DNA of 64,000 nt, taken from an uncultured Methanosarcinaceae archaeon (lineage in GTDB: Archaea; Halobacteriota; Methanosarcinia; Methanosarcinales; Methanosarcinaceae). This document shows positions 22,781 through 33,366 of this stretch, one piece after another; position 1 is the first letter of the stretch; the number at the start of each line of letters is the position of its first letter. The notes under the pieces are model-generated. The model saw only the letters and a program-made list of their open reading frames with translations. It was not told the DNA's origin and searched no databases. Made by a program: the position numbers and the translations under genes. The stretch spans positions 8,631 to 72,630 of the forward strand of contig CAVRJG010000021.1 in NCBI GenBank assembly GCA_963721455.1, given 5' to 3'.

Positions 22781-24535
22781 TCAGGGCATGAGTTTCTTGA
22801 AAAATTCTTTAAGCCTGGAGTATGGATACGTGTTCACAACGTCTTCTTTTTCAAGCCAGCCCCTACGAGCCTGCCCGAGGCCGTACCGTATGGATGCAAG
22901 GTCGGAAATAGCATGGCTGTCCGTAGAGATACAGAACTTCAAGCCGAAATTCTTTGCTCGCAGGATAAGCTCGTCGTTAAGGTCAAGCCTCGACGGCTGG
23001 CTGTTGATTTCCATCACCTTTCCGTTTGCAGCCGCAGCTTCAAAGACCTTTTCAAAGTTGACGGCATAGGCTTCTCTTTTCCCAAGCAGCCTGCCTGATG
23101 GATGGGCGAGAATATCAAGATACCTGTTTTTCAGAGCGGAAACGATTCTTTTGGTCATCTTTTTTTCAGGAGCTGAAAAGCCTGAGTGCACAGCTCCTAC
23201 CACAATATCGAGTTCTTTGAGGATTTCATCCGGATAGTCCAGGCTTCCATCTTTCAGGATCTCAACCTCAGAACCTTTGAGGATTTTTATCTTGAAGCGT
23301 TTTGAGAGTTTATCAATCTCATCCCATTGGACCTTTAATCTTTCTATTTTCATGCCGCTGGCAATCCTCTGGGAACGGGAATGGTCGGTGACTGCGATAT
23401 ACTCATAACCAAGAGCTTCCGCTTCCCCTATCATGGTTTCAAGGCTTTCTTTTCCTTCGCTATAGTTTGTATGCATATGGAGATCTCCCCTGAGATCACC
23501 TGCCTCTATAAGTTCAGGAAGGGCATTTTTTGCGGCGGCTTTAATTTCTCCCCGGCTTTCCCTAAGTTCGGGTGGGATATAGACAAGGCCCAGTTTTTCA
23601 TAAATTTCCTCTTCGCTTTTGCCTGCAATCTGTTTTTCTGACTCTTTTGAATACAGTCCATATTCGGAGAGCTTGTAACCCTTTTTGATTGCAATATTTC
23701 TAAGTTCTATATTATGCTCCTTTGAGCCCGTAAAATATTGAAGCGCTGCTCCGTAACTTTCAGGTGCGACTACCCTCAGGTCAATAGCTGTTCCTTCTCT
23801 CAGGATTATACTGCTTTTTGTGCTGCCTTTTAAGACGACCTGTTCGACGTCCGGAAGGGAGACAAAGGCATCCATTACCTTCAATGCCTCTTCTTTTTCT
23901 GCTTCGGCAAGGATATCAATATCCCCGATTGTTTCCTTCAACCTGCGAAGCGAGCCTGTGTAGATTATCTTCGAGAGATCTACTTTACATGTAGCGCTCT
24001 TACACCCGGCTTTTAAGGCTGATATGAGTTCGTCTGCAAGTGGAAGCGCCTTTCCGAGAGCTATCCGGGAATGGCTTTTTTCATACTGTTCAATTGCCCT
24101 TGCGAGGTTTTCTTCGCTTTTTTCTCCGAAGTCTTCCAGTTTCCTGAGTTTGTGTGCATTGATCGCGTTCTTGAGGTCTGAAATATTCATTATTCCAAGG
24201 GCATCGGCAAGTTTTTTCATTCTCTTCGCCCCAAGCCCTCTGATTTCCATCAGTTCCGCAGTGCCTGGAGGGGCTTTCCCTTTAAGCTTTTCAAACTTCT
24301 CCACCTTGCCTGTTTCCAGATATTCAGCAATGTGATCGGCAATGGATTCCCCGATACCCGGAATTTCGGTCAGCCCTTCTTTCCCTTTTCTCGCATAGAT
24401 TTTTTCGATATCTTCCCCAAGATTCTCTATCATCTGAGCTGCTTTCCGGTAAGCTCCTGGTTTCCACTCAACCTGCTGGTATTCAAGAATGTCAGCAGCT
24501 TCATAAAGTAACTTGGCAATCTCGCGATTTTTCAA
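22781..24535 (-). CDS. polX: DNA polymerase X with PHP domain
   Basis: HhH motifs, GSLRR...GDID, YFTGSK.HN; PHP motifs HMH, TDHS, STDSH. Confidence 0.93.
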   Translation of the reverse strand: MKNREIAKLLYEAADILEYQQVEWKPGAYRKAAQMIENLGEDIEKIYARKGKEGLTEIPGIGESIADHIAEYLETGKVEKFEKLKGKAPPGTAELMEIRGLGAKRMKKLADALGIMNISDLKNAINAHKLRKLEDFGEKSEENLARAIEQYEKSHSRIALGKALPLADELISALKAGCKSATCKVDLSKIIYTGSLRRLKETIGDIDILAEAEKEEALKVMDAFVSLPDVEQVVLKGSTKSSIILREGTAIDLRVVAPESYGAALQYFTGSKEHNIELRNIAIKKGYKLSEYGLYSKESEKQIAGKSEEEIYEKLGLVYIPPELRESRGEIKAAAKNALPELIEAGDLRGDLHMHTNYSEGKESLETMIGEAEALGYEYIAVTDHSRSQRIASGMKIERLKVQWDEIDKLSKRFKIKILKGSEVEILKDGSLDYPDEILKELDIVVGAVHSGFSAPEKKMTKRIVSALKNRYLDILAHPSGRLLGKREAYAVNFEKVFEAAAANGKVMEINSQPSRLDLNDELILRAKNFGLKFCISTDSHAISDLASIRYGLGQARRGWLEKEDVVNTYPYSRLKEFFKKLMP

Positions 24536-24618
24536 TGGCTTCCCCCTTCCCTTTTACTCTCTTTTTCTAATCTTTTTTCTCCCTTCTTCTTCCCACGTAA
24601 ATCTTCAAATTCCTTCCT

Positions 24619-26361
24619 TCAAATTCCTTCCTTCAAATTCCTGATATCTTTAACTGTAGTAACGTCAGAGGGCCCTTTATCGTATCTTATGCGTAAAAAG
24701 CGGGGAAAGCGCAAAGCAAGCCCTTTCTCCCCTTCCCCCTCTCCGGCGGTATGCCCCGGGCTTTCTGTTATTTCCATGCCAAGAGCTTCAATAACCACAG
24801 TGGGCTCCACGAAAGTATCAGGGAGCATTCTACTTTTTATGAATACATCTTTTGGGGCGTCAGCTATGATATGCTCTGAAAGCAGGCTGTCGATCTCTTT
24901 TGCATCCGCGTCGGTGAAACCTGTCCCCACTTTTGTGAAGGTTTCAAAACGCTGTTTATCTTCGTTGAGGACTGCACAGAGGAGAGCCCCAAATGAGCCT
25001 TTCCTTTTTCCTCGCCCGTAATATTTTCCTACAATTACAAGGTCAAAGGTCTCCCTCATTCCTTCTGCATATTCTTCTTTCCATTTGAGCCAGAACCAGC
25101 TCCTTTTCCCGGCTTCGTAAACAGAATTGCTGCCCATAGCTTTAATTACGATTCCTTCAAGCTTCTTTTCCAGGGTTTCGTTAAAAAAGTCCTCAATTTC
25201 TTCCAGATTATCAGTAACAATTCTTCTGGCCAGGCGAATAATCCCCGATTCCTTTACATGCTCTTCAAGGAGCGTTCTTCTTTTCGGGTAGGGCTCTTTC
25301 AGGAGGGATCTTCCTTCCAGGTACAGGACATCAAAGAAAAAGATAGCTACAGGGCATATTTCAGTATATTTTCCAACCTCATACTTCCTGCGCCTCTGCA
25401 TAAGTTTCTGGAATGGATAAAATTCTTCTGTGGAGTCATTTCCTTTCCTGTCTTCGATGTATGCGACAATTTCCCCGTCAAGCACTATTTTATCCGCAAG
25501 AACGCTTTTCCTGGCAGCTTCGACGAGATCGGGATACTGGGCAGTTATATTCTCAAGCCTTCGAGAGAAGGCTTTAATCTCATTCCCGTCTTTATGGATC
25601 TGCACCCTCTCTCCATCATATTTTTCTTCGGCTGCTTTTTTTCCGGAAATCCTTTCTTCAAGCTCTTCGAAAGTTTCCACGCGCTGGGCAAGCATCGACC
25701 TGACAGGCCTGCCCAGTTTTATGGAAAAATGCCCGGATGCCCCGGACCCGTATTCTGCAAGGGATTCTGCAAGCTCTCCAATGTCAGTGCAGACGCTGTA
25801 GCTCTCCTTGATTTTTCCGGTGTATTTTTTGTCCCCTGTAAAAGCAATAGAAAATGCTTCGAGCAAAAACTGGTCCCCGACTCCCAGCCTGAGCCTCCCG
25901 AGGACAATCCTGATTATATATTTCCCTTCTTCAGGGCTGGCCCGTTGCAGGATGTCGGACAGGAGCCCGGTCTTTTCCTCCTGGCTTCCTTTTCCTGAGG
26001 CTTCTTTTATCTCTCTGAGCCTTCCGAAGACCTCTCCAATTGTCAGGGAATTCCGTTCTCTCTCGTTTAACTCAAATGCCACATCCCCAAGGTCCCCTGT
26101 CCTTGAATATCTTTGTTTAACTTCCTTTTCGGAAACTCCGTATGCCCCTGCAATAGCTTTTAAAGCAAGCTTTTCCCCGATTCCAAGTGTCGTGTTCTCA
26201 AAGGCAGGCCCTATGCTCCCGAGAAAAAGATATGCACTGTCCTTTACTTCCTTTCCTTCCAGCTCCTAAAAAAAATTAGCTATTTTCCTGACTATCTCTT
26301 TATAAGATGTTATCTTTTCAAGTTCCTCAAAAAGTTCTGCAAGCTCCATGAACCGAGCCAT
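24619..26361 (-). CDS. lig: ATP-dependent DNA ligase, 580 codons, interrupted by one in-frame TAG at codon 32
   Basis: EKYDGER adenylation motif, LDGE, EGIVIK, WLKWK, ALRFPRF. The frame extends upstream of the listed ORF to ATG 26361 (MARFMELAELFEELEK) through a single TAG at 26266-26268. Confidence 0.85.
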
Positions 26362-26575
26362 TGCCCTCTCCCCGAAAAAACGCCTTGAAATTTTTCTTTA
26401 CCTATTATTCCATCCCCAGGTCTTTATCGTTTTGCACCCTCAAATTTCAGAAATAGAATCTTTCCTCTTTCTCCCACTAAAACAGCTACCCTCGCCATCC
26501 TCCCCTCATTACCGAAACCTTTAATATCTAAAAGATGCATGAGAAGAATAACACAGCACTTCTTTATATCCGTAT

Positions 26576-26647
26576 GCGACTGTGGTTTAGTGGCTATGAC
26601 CTGAGCTTCCCAAGCTTAGAACCCGGGTTCGAATCCCGGCAGTCGCA
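26576..26647 (+). tRNA. tRNA-Gly (CCC)
   Basis: GCGACTGTGGTTTAGTGGCTATGACCTGAGCTTCCCAAGCTTAGAACCCGGGTTCGAATCCCGGCAGTCGCA folds as a cloverleaf with anticodon CCC. Confidence 0.95.
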
Positions 26648-26760
26648 TTGAAAACTCTTTTAGCTATTTTTAAAAATATCGCATATTTTGTCTTCGTTCT
26701 TGAAATTTAAAAAAGTATTTTTGCAGAAAACCTTCTGAAAATACTCTTTTCCAGCTAGAC

Positions 26761-26830
26761 TTTCTACTGAGATATTTTCTACTGAGATATTTCTACTGAG
26801 ATATTTTCTACTGAGATATTTCCTGCTGAA
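26761..26830. repeat. 15/16-bp tandem repeat (tttctactgagatat) x4-5
   Basis: Directly visible between the convergent tRNA-Gly and thioesterase genes. Confidence 0.8.
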
Positions 26831-26831
26831 T

Positions 26832-27242
26832 TTAAATGCAGGAAAGATCATCAAGTGAAGTTTTTTTCCTGTAGCCCATTCCCTGAAATATTGCCACAAG
26901 TTCTCCTTTATCATCAGTTATATTTACCGTATATGTTGAAATTTTAGGGTTTATTGACGTTTCTTTCGCCTCGGCTGTGAGGGTCTTGCCTGTTGCGGCT
27001 TTTACGAAAGAGATATTTGCATTGATAGCAACAGCAACAGTGCCGTACGCATTTGATGCTGCAGCAAAAGTAATATCTGCAAGGGTAAATAATGCGCCTC
27101 CCTGAACGGTCTTCAGGGCGTTAAGGTGTTTTTCTTGTATATTCATCGTGGCTTTTGCATATCCGGGAGAAACTTCAAGCAGTTCTATCCCTGAGTTTGC
27201 AGCGAAATTATCTTTCTTAAAAAACTCTTTAATATTTTCCAT
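26832..27242 (-). CDS. PaaI-family (hotdog fold) thioesterase
   Basis: HLN...QGGALFTLAD motif. Confidence 0.88.
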   Translation of the reverse strand: MENIKEFFKKDNFAANSGIELLEVSPGYAKATMNIQEKHLNALKTVQGGALFTLADITFAAASNAYGTVAVAINANISFVKAATGKTLTAEAKETSINPKISTYTVNITDDKGELVAIFQGMGYRKKTSLDDLSCI

Positions 27243-27470
27243 GTAATAACTCCGGTTATTGTCTTAAAGTCATGGTTCATTCACCACCTTTCTAATTAAA
27301 ATTATGCATACTGAACTGCATTGGGAGACGACCAGCTCCATTCTTTTTCCCCTCCCTGTATAAATTACCTCCAAAATTTTCCGTTTCAGGAATTTATATT
27401 CCTGCCAAGCCCCGGAGTTGACCGTCCCAATCTTCTTGAGCACCAAAAACAATTCCTTCTTTGGAAGAAT

Positions 27471-28175
27471 ATGGTGGAAAAGGATGCAGTATTTTGGAAG
27501 GCGGTTGCCAGGAGGGCCGCACAGGTTATAGGAGGCCTACTCTTGATTATGGCATTGTTCTTTCTTTCTGCCGGTAGGCTTGACTTGTCAAGGGCATGGA
27601 TTTTCTTCGGCCTTTATTTCGTCTCTTTATTTTTCAATATGATTCTTTTTCTCAAGTTCAATCCGGAGGTTATCAGTTCCCGTAGTGAAATGATCCGAGG
27701 AGACATGAAGTGGTGGGATAGGCTTTTTGGGGTGTTCTACACCATGTTTCTTTTCATCATGTTTATTGTGTGCGGGCTCGATGTGGGAAGATTCCAGCTT
27801 TCAAGCCCCGGGATGGAGTTTTTGGCTGTTGGCCTGGTATTTTTCTTTGTGGGCTGGGTATTTGTAGCGTGGGCAATGGTCGAAAACAAGTTTTTTGAAA
27901 CGACAGTCCGCGTCCAAAAGGAGAGGAATCACAGGGTTGTTTCCACAGGGCCTTATGCCATTGTCCGGCATCCGGGCTATACCGGCATGATTCTGTTTTA
28001 CGGTTGCACTCCGTTCATCATTGGCTCTCTTTACGGGCTGATCCCTGCACTGTTACTTGCTGTTGCTTTTGTTTTCCGCACATACTTTGAAGACAGGATG
28101 CTCTACGAGGAGCTTCCGGGATATAAGGAATATACGAAGAAGGTAAAGTACCGGCTTGTGCCGTTTATTTGGTGA
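27471..28175 (+). CDS. Isoprenylcysteine carboxyl methyltransferase (ICMT/PEMT) family membrane protein
   Basis: Multi-TM, GPYAIVRHPGY, EDRML...YKEY...RLVP. Start at ATG 27471. Confidence 0.88.
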   Translation: MVEKDAVFWKAVARRAAQVIGGLLLIMALFFLSAGRLDLSRAWIFFGLYFVSLFFNMILFLKFNPEVISSRSEMIRGDMKWWDRLFGVFYTMFLFIMFIVCGLDVGRFQLSSPGMEFLAVGLVFFFVGWVFVAWAMVENKFFETTVRVQKERNHRVVSTGPYAIVRHPGYTGMILFYGCTPFIIGSLYGLIPALLLAVAFVFRTYFEDRMLYEELPGYKEYTKKVKYRLVPFIW

Positions 28176-28639
28176 GGGCACGGTGAAGAAAAACAGCCTG
28201 CAGAAACGGAAGGAAAGCTTGCCTTCATTGAGAGGCAGGCAGTTATTGGCATTACATAATATATGGTATATATGGAGTCAGAAGGCTGCGGAATAAAGTA
28301 AGAGGAAGGTATTCTGTGGATCTGGCTGAAGCTCTAATGCTTTCGTGTGGGATTGTTTGTTATCTGCATATAATCTGGCGCACAACCCTAAAAGAATCGA
28401 AATTCAGGTTATTTCCATACAATATTCTTTAATGAGGCGTAACAGATCTGTAACAGATAATCACTTTCAAAATGTCTGCAAATTCTGAAAACCAGACTAA
28501 CCCCTATAGTTAATAGAGATTAATTACTTATAAACGATCATCTATTAATTTAATTGATTTATATTAAATCATTTTTTATTTAATTGGGTACATTTATGCA
28601 GTTGGTCCAAATGGTCTAATTCGCATACGGGGGTAAAGA

Positions 28640-29980
28640 ATGAAAATGAAATTAATAGTTTATCTGCTAGCGTTATGCCTAACGTTGTCTGTTGCGTCTG
28701 TGCAAGCAAATACTGGCGAAGTTGAAATGGATAACATGACCGGAATGCATACTTCTGATTTTACCGGCGTGATGACATGTATGCCTGGAACCATGGACAA
28801 CATGACAGGCGTGGACAATATGACAGGCATGGACAACATGACTGGAATGTATATCTGTGATTTTTCCGGCGTAATGACATCTATGCCTAGAACCATGGAC
28901 AACATGACAGACATGGATAACATGACAGACATGGACAATATGACCGGTATGGATAACATGACCGGAATGCGTACTTCTGATTTTTCCGGCGTGATGACAT
29001 GTATGCCTAGAACCATGGATAACATGACCGGTATGGATAACATGACCGGTATGGATAACATGACCGGAATGCATACTTGTGATTTTTCCGGCGTGATGAC
29101 ATCTATGCCTAGAACCATGGACAACATGACAGACATGGACAACATGACAGGCATGGACAACATGACCGGTATGGATAACATGACCGGAATGCGTACTTCT
29201 GATTTTTCCGGCGTAATGACCTGTATGCCTAGAACCATGGACAACATGACAGACATGGACAACATGACCGGCACGGACAACATGACCGGAATGTATATCT
29301 GTGATTTTTCCGGCGTGATGACATCTATGCCTAGAACCATGGACAACATGACAGGCATGGACAACATGACAGGCATGGACAACATGACCGGCACGGACAA
29401 CATGACAGACATGGACAACATGACAGACATGGACAACGTGACCGGAATGTATATCTGTGATTTTTCCGGTGTGATGACATTTATGCCTAGAGCCATGGAC
29501 AACATGACAGGCATGGATAACGTGACAGGCATGGACAACATGACTGGCATGGACAACATGACCGGAACGCGTACTTATGATTTTTCCGGCGTAATGACCT
29601 GTATGCCTAGAACCATGGACAACATGACAGACATGGACAACATGACTGGCATGGATAATGTGACAGGCATGGATAACGTGACAGGCATGGATAACATGAC
29701 CGGAAATGCAACCGGTGCAGGTGCGGACGGCAAGATTGTTGAAGTGTCAATCAAGGATTCTGCCTTTAATCCCAAATCAGTTACAGTATTAAAAGGTGAT
29801 ACTGTAAGATGGACGAACCTTGATTCAACTGCCCACACAATTACAGGTTCGACTTTCGATTCCGGCACACTTCAAGAAGGAGAATCATATGATTTCCCGT
29901 GTGCCGACGCAGGCACCTATGAGTATCATTGCTCGATTCACCCTTCCATGAAGGGGACTGTAATAGTTGAGGAGAAATAA
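28640..29980 (+). CDS. Secreted cupredoxin (plastocyanin-like type-1 Cu domain) with a long Met-rich repeat region
   Basis: Signal peptide, about 330 aa of (MDNMTG)n and CDFSGVMTxMP repeats, C-terminal AHT...YHCSIHPSM ligand set. Confidence 0.88.
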   Translation: MKMKLIVYLLALCLTLSVASVQANTGEVEMDNMTGMHTSDFTGVMTCMPGTMDNMTGVDNMTGMDNMTGMYICDFSGVMTSMPRTMDNMTDMDNMTDMDNMTGMDNMTGMRTSDFSGVMTCMPRTMDNMTGMDNMTGMDNMTGMHTCDFSGVMTSMPRTMDNMTDMDNMTGMDNMTGMDNMTGMRTSDFSGVMTCMPRTMDNMTDMDNMTGTDNMTGMYICDFSGVMTSMPRTMDNMTGMDNMTGMDNMTGTDNMTDMDNMTDMDNVTGMYICDFSGVMTFMPRAMDNMTGMDNVTGMDNMTGMDNMTGTRTYDFSGVMTCMPRTMDNMTDMDNMTGMDNVTGMDNVTGMDNMTGNATGAGADGKIVEVSIKDSAFNPKSVTVLKGDTVRWTNLDSTAHTITGSTFDSGTLQEGESYDFPCADAGTYEYHCSIHPSMKGTVIVEEK

Positions 29981-30262
29981 AGGTTTAGTTGAGGAGAAGT
30001 AAAGGTTTGGTTTTAGAGTGGACTGAATGAAGGAAATACCAGTCTGCTCAAAACTCTTTATTTATCTTTATTTTATAATTGAAGAGCTTTAAAACGATTA
30101 TCCTTTTTTTGAGTTACTTTATATGACATTTCTTACTGAAATAAATTTAACAAAGATATCTATAAATGCTCCGAAAATTAATAGCATTTATCCAATTTTT
30201 CTTTTAAAAGCAGGGCTGCACTCACCTGGCAATCTCAATAAATTTCGGTGACAAGTAAACAA

Positions 30263-31024
30263 ATGGATAAAGAGCGATTAAATGAAGAAAGAATAGAGTT
30301 ACTTTCCCAAATTAATGCTCTTTTTGATTTTCCTCTAATGCTCTTGTCGGTTGTATGGTTAATTCTAATTCTTGTCGATTTTGTCTACGGGCTTTCTCCA
30401 TTTTTGCAAACATTAAATCTGGTTATCTGGGGTATATTTATAATTGATTTTTTTATCGAACTGGATATTTCCCCGAAAAAAAAGGATTACTTAAAGAAGA
30501 ACTGGCTTGTAGCTCTTTCACTGTTTTTGCCCGCATTGAGGATTTTAAGCTTATTTCGCGGATTCAGGATAGCCAGATTTGCTAATTTTGTCCGATCCCT
30601 TAATCTGGCCCGGATTCTCTCTTCTTTTAATAGAAGCTTAAGAACGGTCCGGCAGGTAATGAGGCAGCGAGGCTTGAAATATATCCTCCTTCTTACGACT
30701 TTGATAACTTTTCTTGGAGCAGCAGGCATGTACGATTTTGAGCGTTCAGGGCTTACTTCTTATTGGGACGCCCTCTGGTGGACAGCAATGATTATGACGA
30801 CAATAGGAAGCGATTACTGGCCAAAAACTGCCGAAGGAAGGGTACTGGCTTTTCTTTTATCGGTTTATGCTTTTGCAATTTTCGGATACATTACCGCAGC
30901 CATTGCAAGTCTACTTGTCGGAAAAGATAAAGAGTCATCTTCAAAAGAGATTGCAGAGCTCCGCAGTGAAGTACAGCGCCTTTCCAGTGAAATTAACGAG
31001 GTTCCCAAAAGAGAAAAAAAGTAG
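30263..31024 (+). CDS. Voltage-gated K+ channel-like ion transport protein
   Basis: S4-like Arg-rich helix; pore helix ALWW...TTIGSD (atypical filter compared with TVGYGD). Confidence 0.82.
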   Translation: MDKERLNEERIELLSQINALFDFPLMLLSVVWLILILVDFVYGLSPFLQTLNLVIWGIFIIDFFIELDISPKKKDYLKKNWLVALSLFLPALRILSLFRGFRIARFANFVRSLNLARILSSFNRSLRTVRQVMRQRGLKYILLLTTLITFLGAAGMYDFERSGLTSYWDALWWTAMIMTTIGSDYWPKTAEGRVLAFLLSVYAFAIFGYITAAIASLLVGKDKESSSKEIAELRSEVQRLSSEINEVPKREKK

Positions 31025-31072
31025 GTTTACTAAAGTTTTCGATAGTTTTTGCTGCCTGCCTGTTACCGGCTC

Positions 31073-31324
31073 TTAACTTCGTTCTGGAATTTTAAGCAGC
31101 CGGATTAAACCTGCAAAGGCTACAAGTGCCCATGTTCCTTCCAGAATTACAAAGGGCGTATAATTAATCAGAACTGACGCATAGCATGAGAGCCCTGCTC
31201 CCACCACATTAAGGATTGTATACGTTTTCGTATCCGGCATCAGTATTTTGAAGAGATTGAGGAAAAAGGCAAGTAATAACAGGAGTACACCTGTTGAGCC
31301 CACTATTACCGAAAGTTCAATCAT
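31073..31324 (-). CDS. Small membrane protein (CBU_0592-like)
   Basis: Three hydrophobic helices; Y..LN.VG...Y...PF..LE..W pattern. Confidence 0.7.
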   Translation of the reverse strand: MIELSVIVGSTGVLLLLLAFFLNLFKILMPDTKTYTILNVVGAGLSCYASVLINYTPFVILEGTWALVAFAGLIRLLKIPERS

Positions 31325-31540
31325 ATACGGGCAATATAATTTTTATCTTTATATATATTTTCCTACTTTCGGTTCTGTAGAAATCCTCAGAATAAGGAAT
31401 CTTCATTAATTTGAACTGAATTATCGGATATATTTTTTCGTATTTATTTTCAGCCTCTTGCGTCTGATTTAGATAGGTTTTCTACAAAGCCCTACTTTCG
31501 TTCATTTAAATATGTGACTTCTGCCCTGAAATTAATTTTT

Positions 31541-32164
31541 TCAGCTCTTTTTTTGTTTTGGTGCCGATCTCTTATCTATAAATATAGCTATTACAGTGAC
31601 CGCCATCGCAAGTGCAAGTACTCTCATCATATTAAATCTGAAGTCAGTGCCAATCATGAGGGCATGTATTGAAACAAGTAAAAAGGCCAGGTAACTGAGG
31701 TAGTGAACTTTCCGCCAGTTCCTGTATTTTTTCCTGTATATCGCAATTCCGGCAGCCAGGAGGAACAGGTAAAAAGCCGGACGACCTGCCAGTGCGATGA
31801 AAATATTTGCCTGAGAAATTGGAGAAAAAATCTGGACGCCCCGTCCCTGTAAAACAAAAGTCAACGGGTGAATGAGAATAAACAGAATCCCGATTCTTGC
31901 CAGATTATGGTGAGCTTTCATAAAAGGCAATCCTGATATTTTTTTAATTTTAACCATATACTCAGATGTGACTATTGCAAGAAAGAGCGTCAGGTAACCG
32001 AATGTCCCTGCAAATCTCCGGAGCATTTCAATAGGCTCCTCAGGAGTTTGCAGAATTATATATATCATAAACGCGATTATAAACAGAATTATGCCGTAAA
32101 TTGAATAAAAAGGTTTATTCGAGACTCCTTTGCCTGGACTTTCTCCGCCTGATCTACGACCCAT
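31541..32164 (-). CDS. Ferric-reductase-like (cytochrome b) transmembrane protein
   Basis: Paired His residues (HH...H; WRKVHY...H) in TM helices. Confidence 0.75.
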   Translation of the reverse strand: MGRRSGGESPGKGVSNKPFYSIYGIILFIIAFMIYIILQTPEEPIEMLRRFAGTFGYLTLFLAIVTSEYMVKIKKISGLPFMKAHHNLARIGILFILIHPLTFVLQGRGVQIFSPISQANIFIALAGRPAFYLFLLAAGIAIYRKKYRNWRKVHYLSYLAFLLVSIHALMIGTDFRFNMMRVLALAMAVTVIAIFIDKRSAPKQKKS

Positions 32165-32739
32165 ATCTTTTCCCGCCTCATCCCTATCCAGAATTCCCCC
32201 CCCGAAAGCAACTTTGCTACTCTTTTCTCACTAATAAATGCTACTACAGGCTTTTATTCTTAAAAAAGCAACCATAGCCCATTATCTTACTCTTATCTCT
32301 GGTAAGAGTGGCTTTTTTACTATTTATTAGATTACTTTAATCGCATTAAAATTAATTCTTATTAATAAAATTGTCTTTCTCTCCTGTCTTCTCAGGCAAA
32401 TACCCGAATGTACTTGCAGTTATTCCAGAACTTAATATTCGTTTTTTGAATCTCGTCTCTGGAATTATAAGTCGAATTTCAGGCCATAGAGCAATCCTGA
32501 GGGCTCTTTAGATTAAGTCTTAAATGGGTTTTGGCATAAGTTTCTTATTAAAAAGTATTACTTTCATATGAAATAGTACGTATAATAATATTTATCTGAA
32601 ATGCGTTTATATAATATATATTATATAATATATTCTTTTCATTAACTATTGTTTCGTATTTATATTTCCATATCTATTATATTCTTCGAGTATAATCTTC
32701 TGTTGGTAAATACAATTTGTTGGTGCAACCTGAGATCAT

Positions 32740-32865
32740 TTTCGTCGGAATATAATTTTTCAGCACGTAAATGGGGGTAAAATTTGCCAGTGATACATCT
32801 TCCGGAAATAATACGGATGATTAACTGGTAAAATCATATTTTACGTGCTGTATCTGCCGATGGAA
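32740..32865 (+). promoter_or_regulatory. Structured 5' leader of secreted repeat-protein gene A (homologs at about 35365-35512, 38250-38396, 40564-40709)
   Basis: Nested inverted repeats tttcgtcgg/ccgatggaa, cagcacgtaaa/tttacgtgctg, tttgccagt/actggtaaa, tccg/cgga, downstream of a TATA-like tattatat. Confidence 0.55.
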
Positions 32866-32919
32866 ATAGTCGAAAAGCCAACATTCTTAAAATCGTATCA
32901 AATCGAGGAGTGTATACAA

Positions 32920-33249
32920 ATGGGAATATTTAGAAAGACAATGAGCATTTTAGTAATGGTATGTTTCGTACTGTCACTGACAGCTGCGTCAGCAAGTGCA
33001 TGGAATGGTGGCTGTGGGAACGACTGTAACTGGGGCTGTGGGAACGACTGTAACTGGGGCTGTGGGAACAACTGTAACTGGGGCTGTGGGAACAACTGTA
33101 ACTGGGGCTGTGGGAACGACTGTAATTGGGGCTGTGGGAACGACTGTAACTGGGGCTGTGGGAACGACTGTAACCGGGGCTGTGGGAACGGCTTTGGGTT
33201 CTTTGGGTTCAGCTTCTTTAACTCTTTTGGGTTGGGCTGCTGTTGCTAA
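32920..33249 (+). CDS. Secreted Cys-rich repeat protein A (signal peptide, seven GCGN[D/N]CN units, aromatic tail ending GCCC)
   Basis: GAGGAG RBS, ATG 32920, signal peptide ending ASA, 24-nt tandem repeat. Confidence 0.8.
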   Translation: MGIFRKTMSILVMVCFVLSLTAASASAWNGGCGNDCNWGCGNDCNWGCGNNCNWGCGNNCNWGCGNDCNWGCGNDCNWGCGNDCNRGCGNGFGFFGFSFFNSFGLGCCC

Positions 33250-33366
33250 CGACTAAACCAGTTTAAATATAACCGAATGACGACCCGTTCGTACAGCCTT
33301 ACATAGGATTGCAGGGGGAGTAAGCCCCTCAACCTCTCAAAATAAATATATTGAAAAATATTCAAT

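Noticed and set aside
28730-29700. Possible CRISPR or DGR-like repeat-spacer pattern in the cupredoxin gene
   Set aside because: All units are multiples of 3 within one ORF, there are no unique spacers or adenine-specific variation, and no reverse transcriptase is present.
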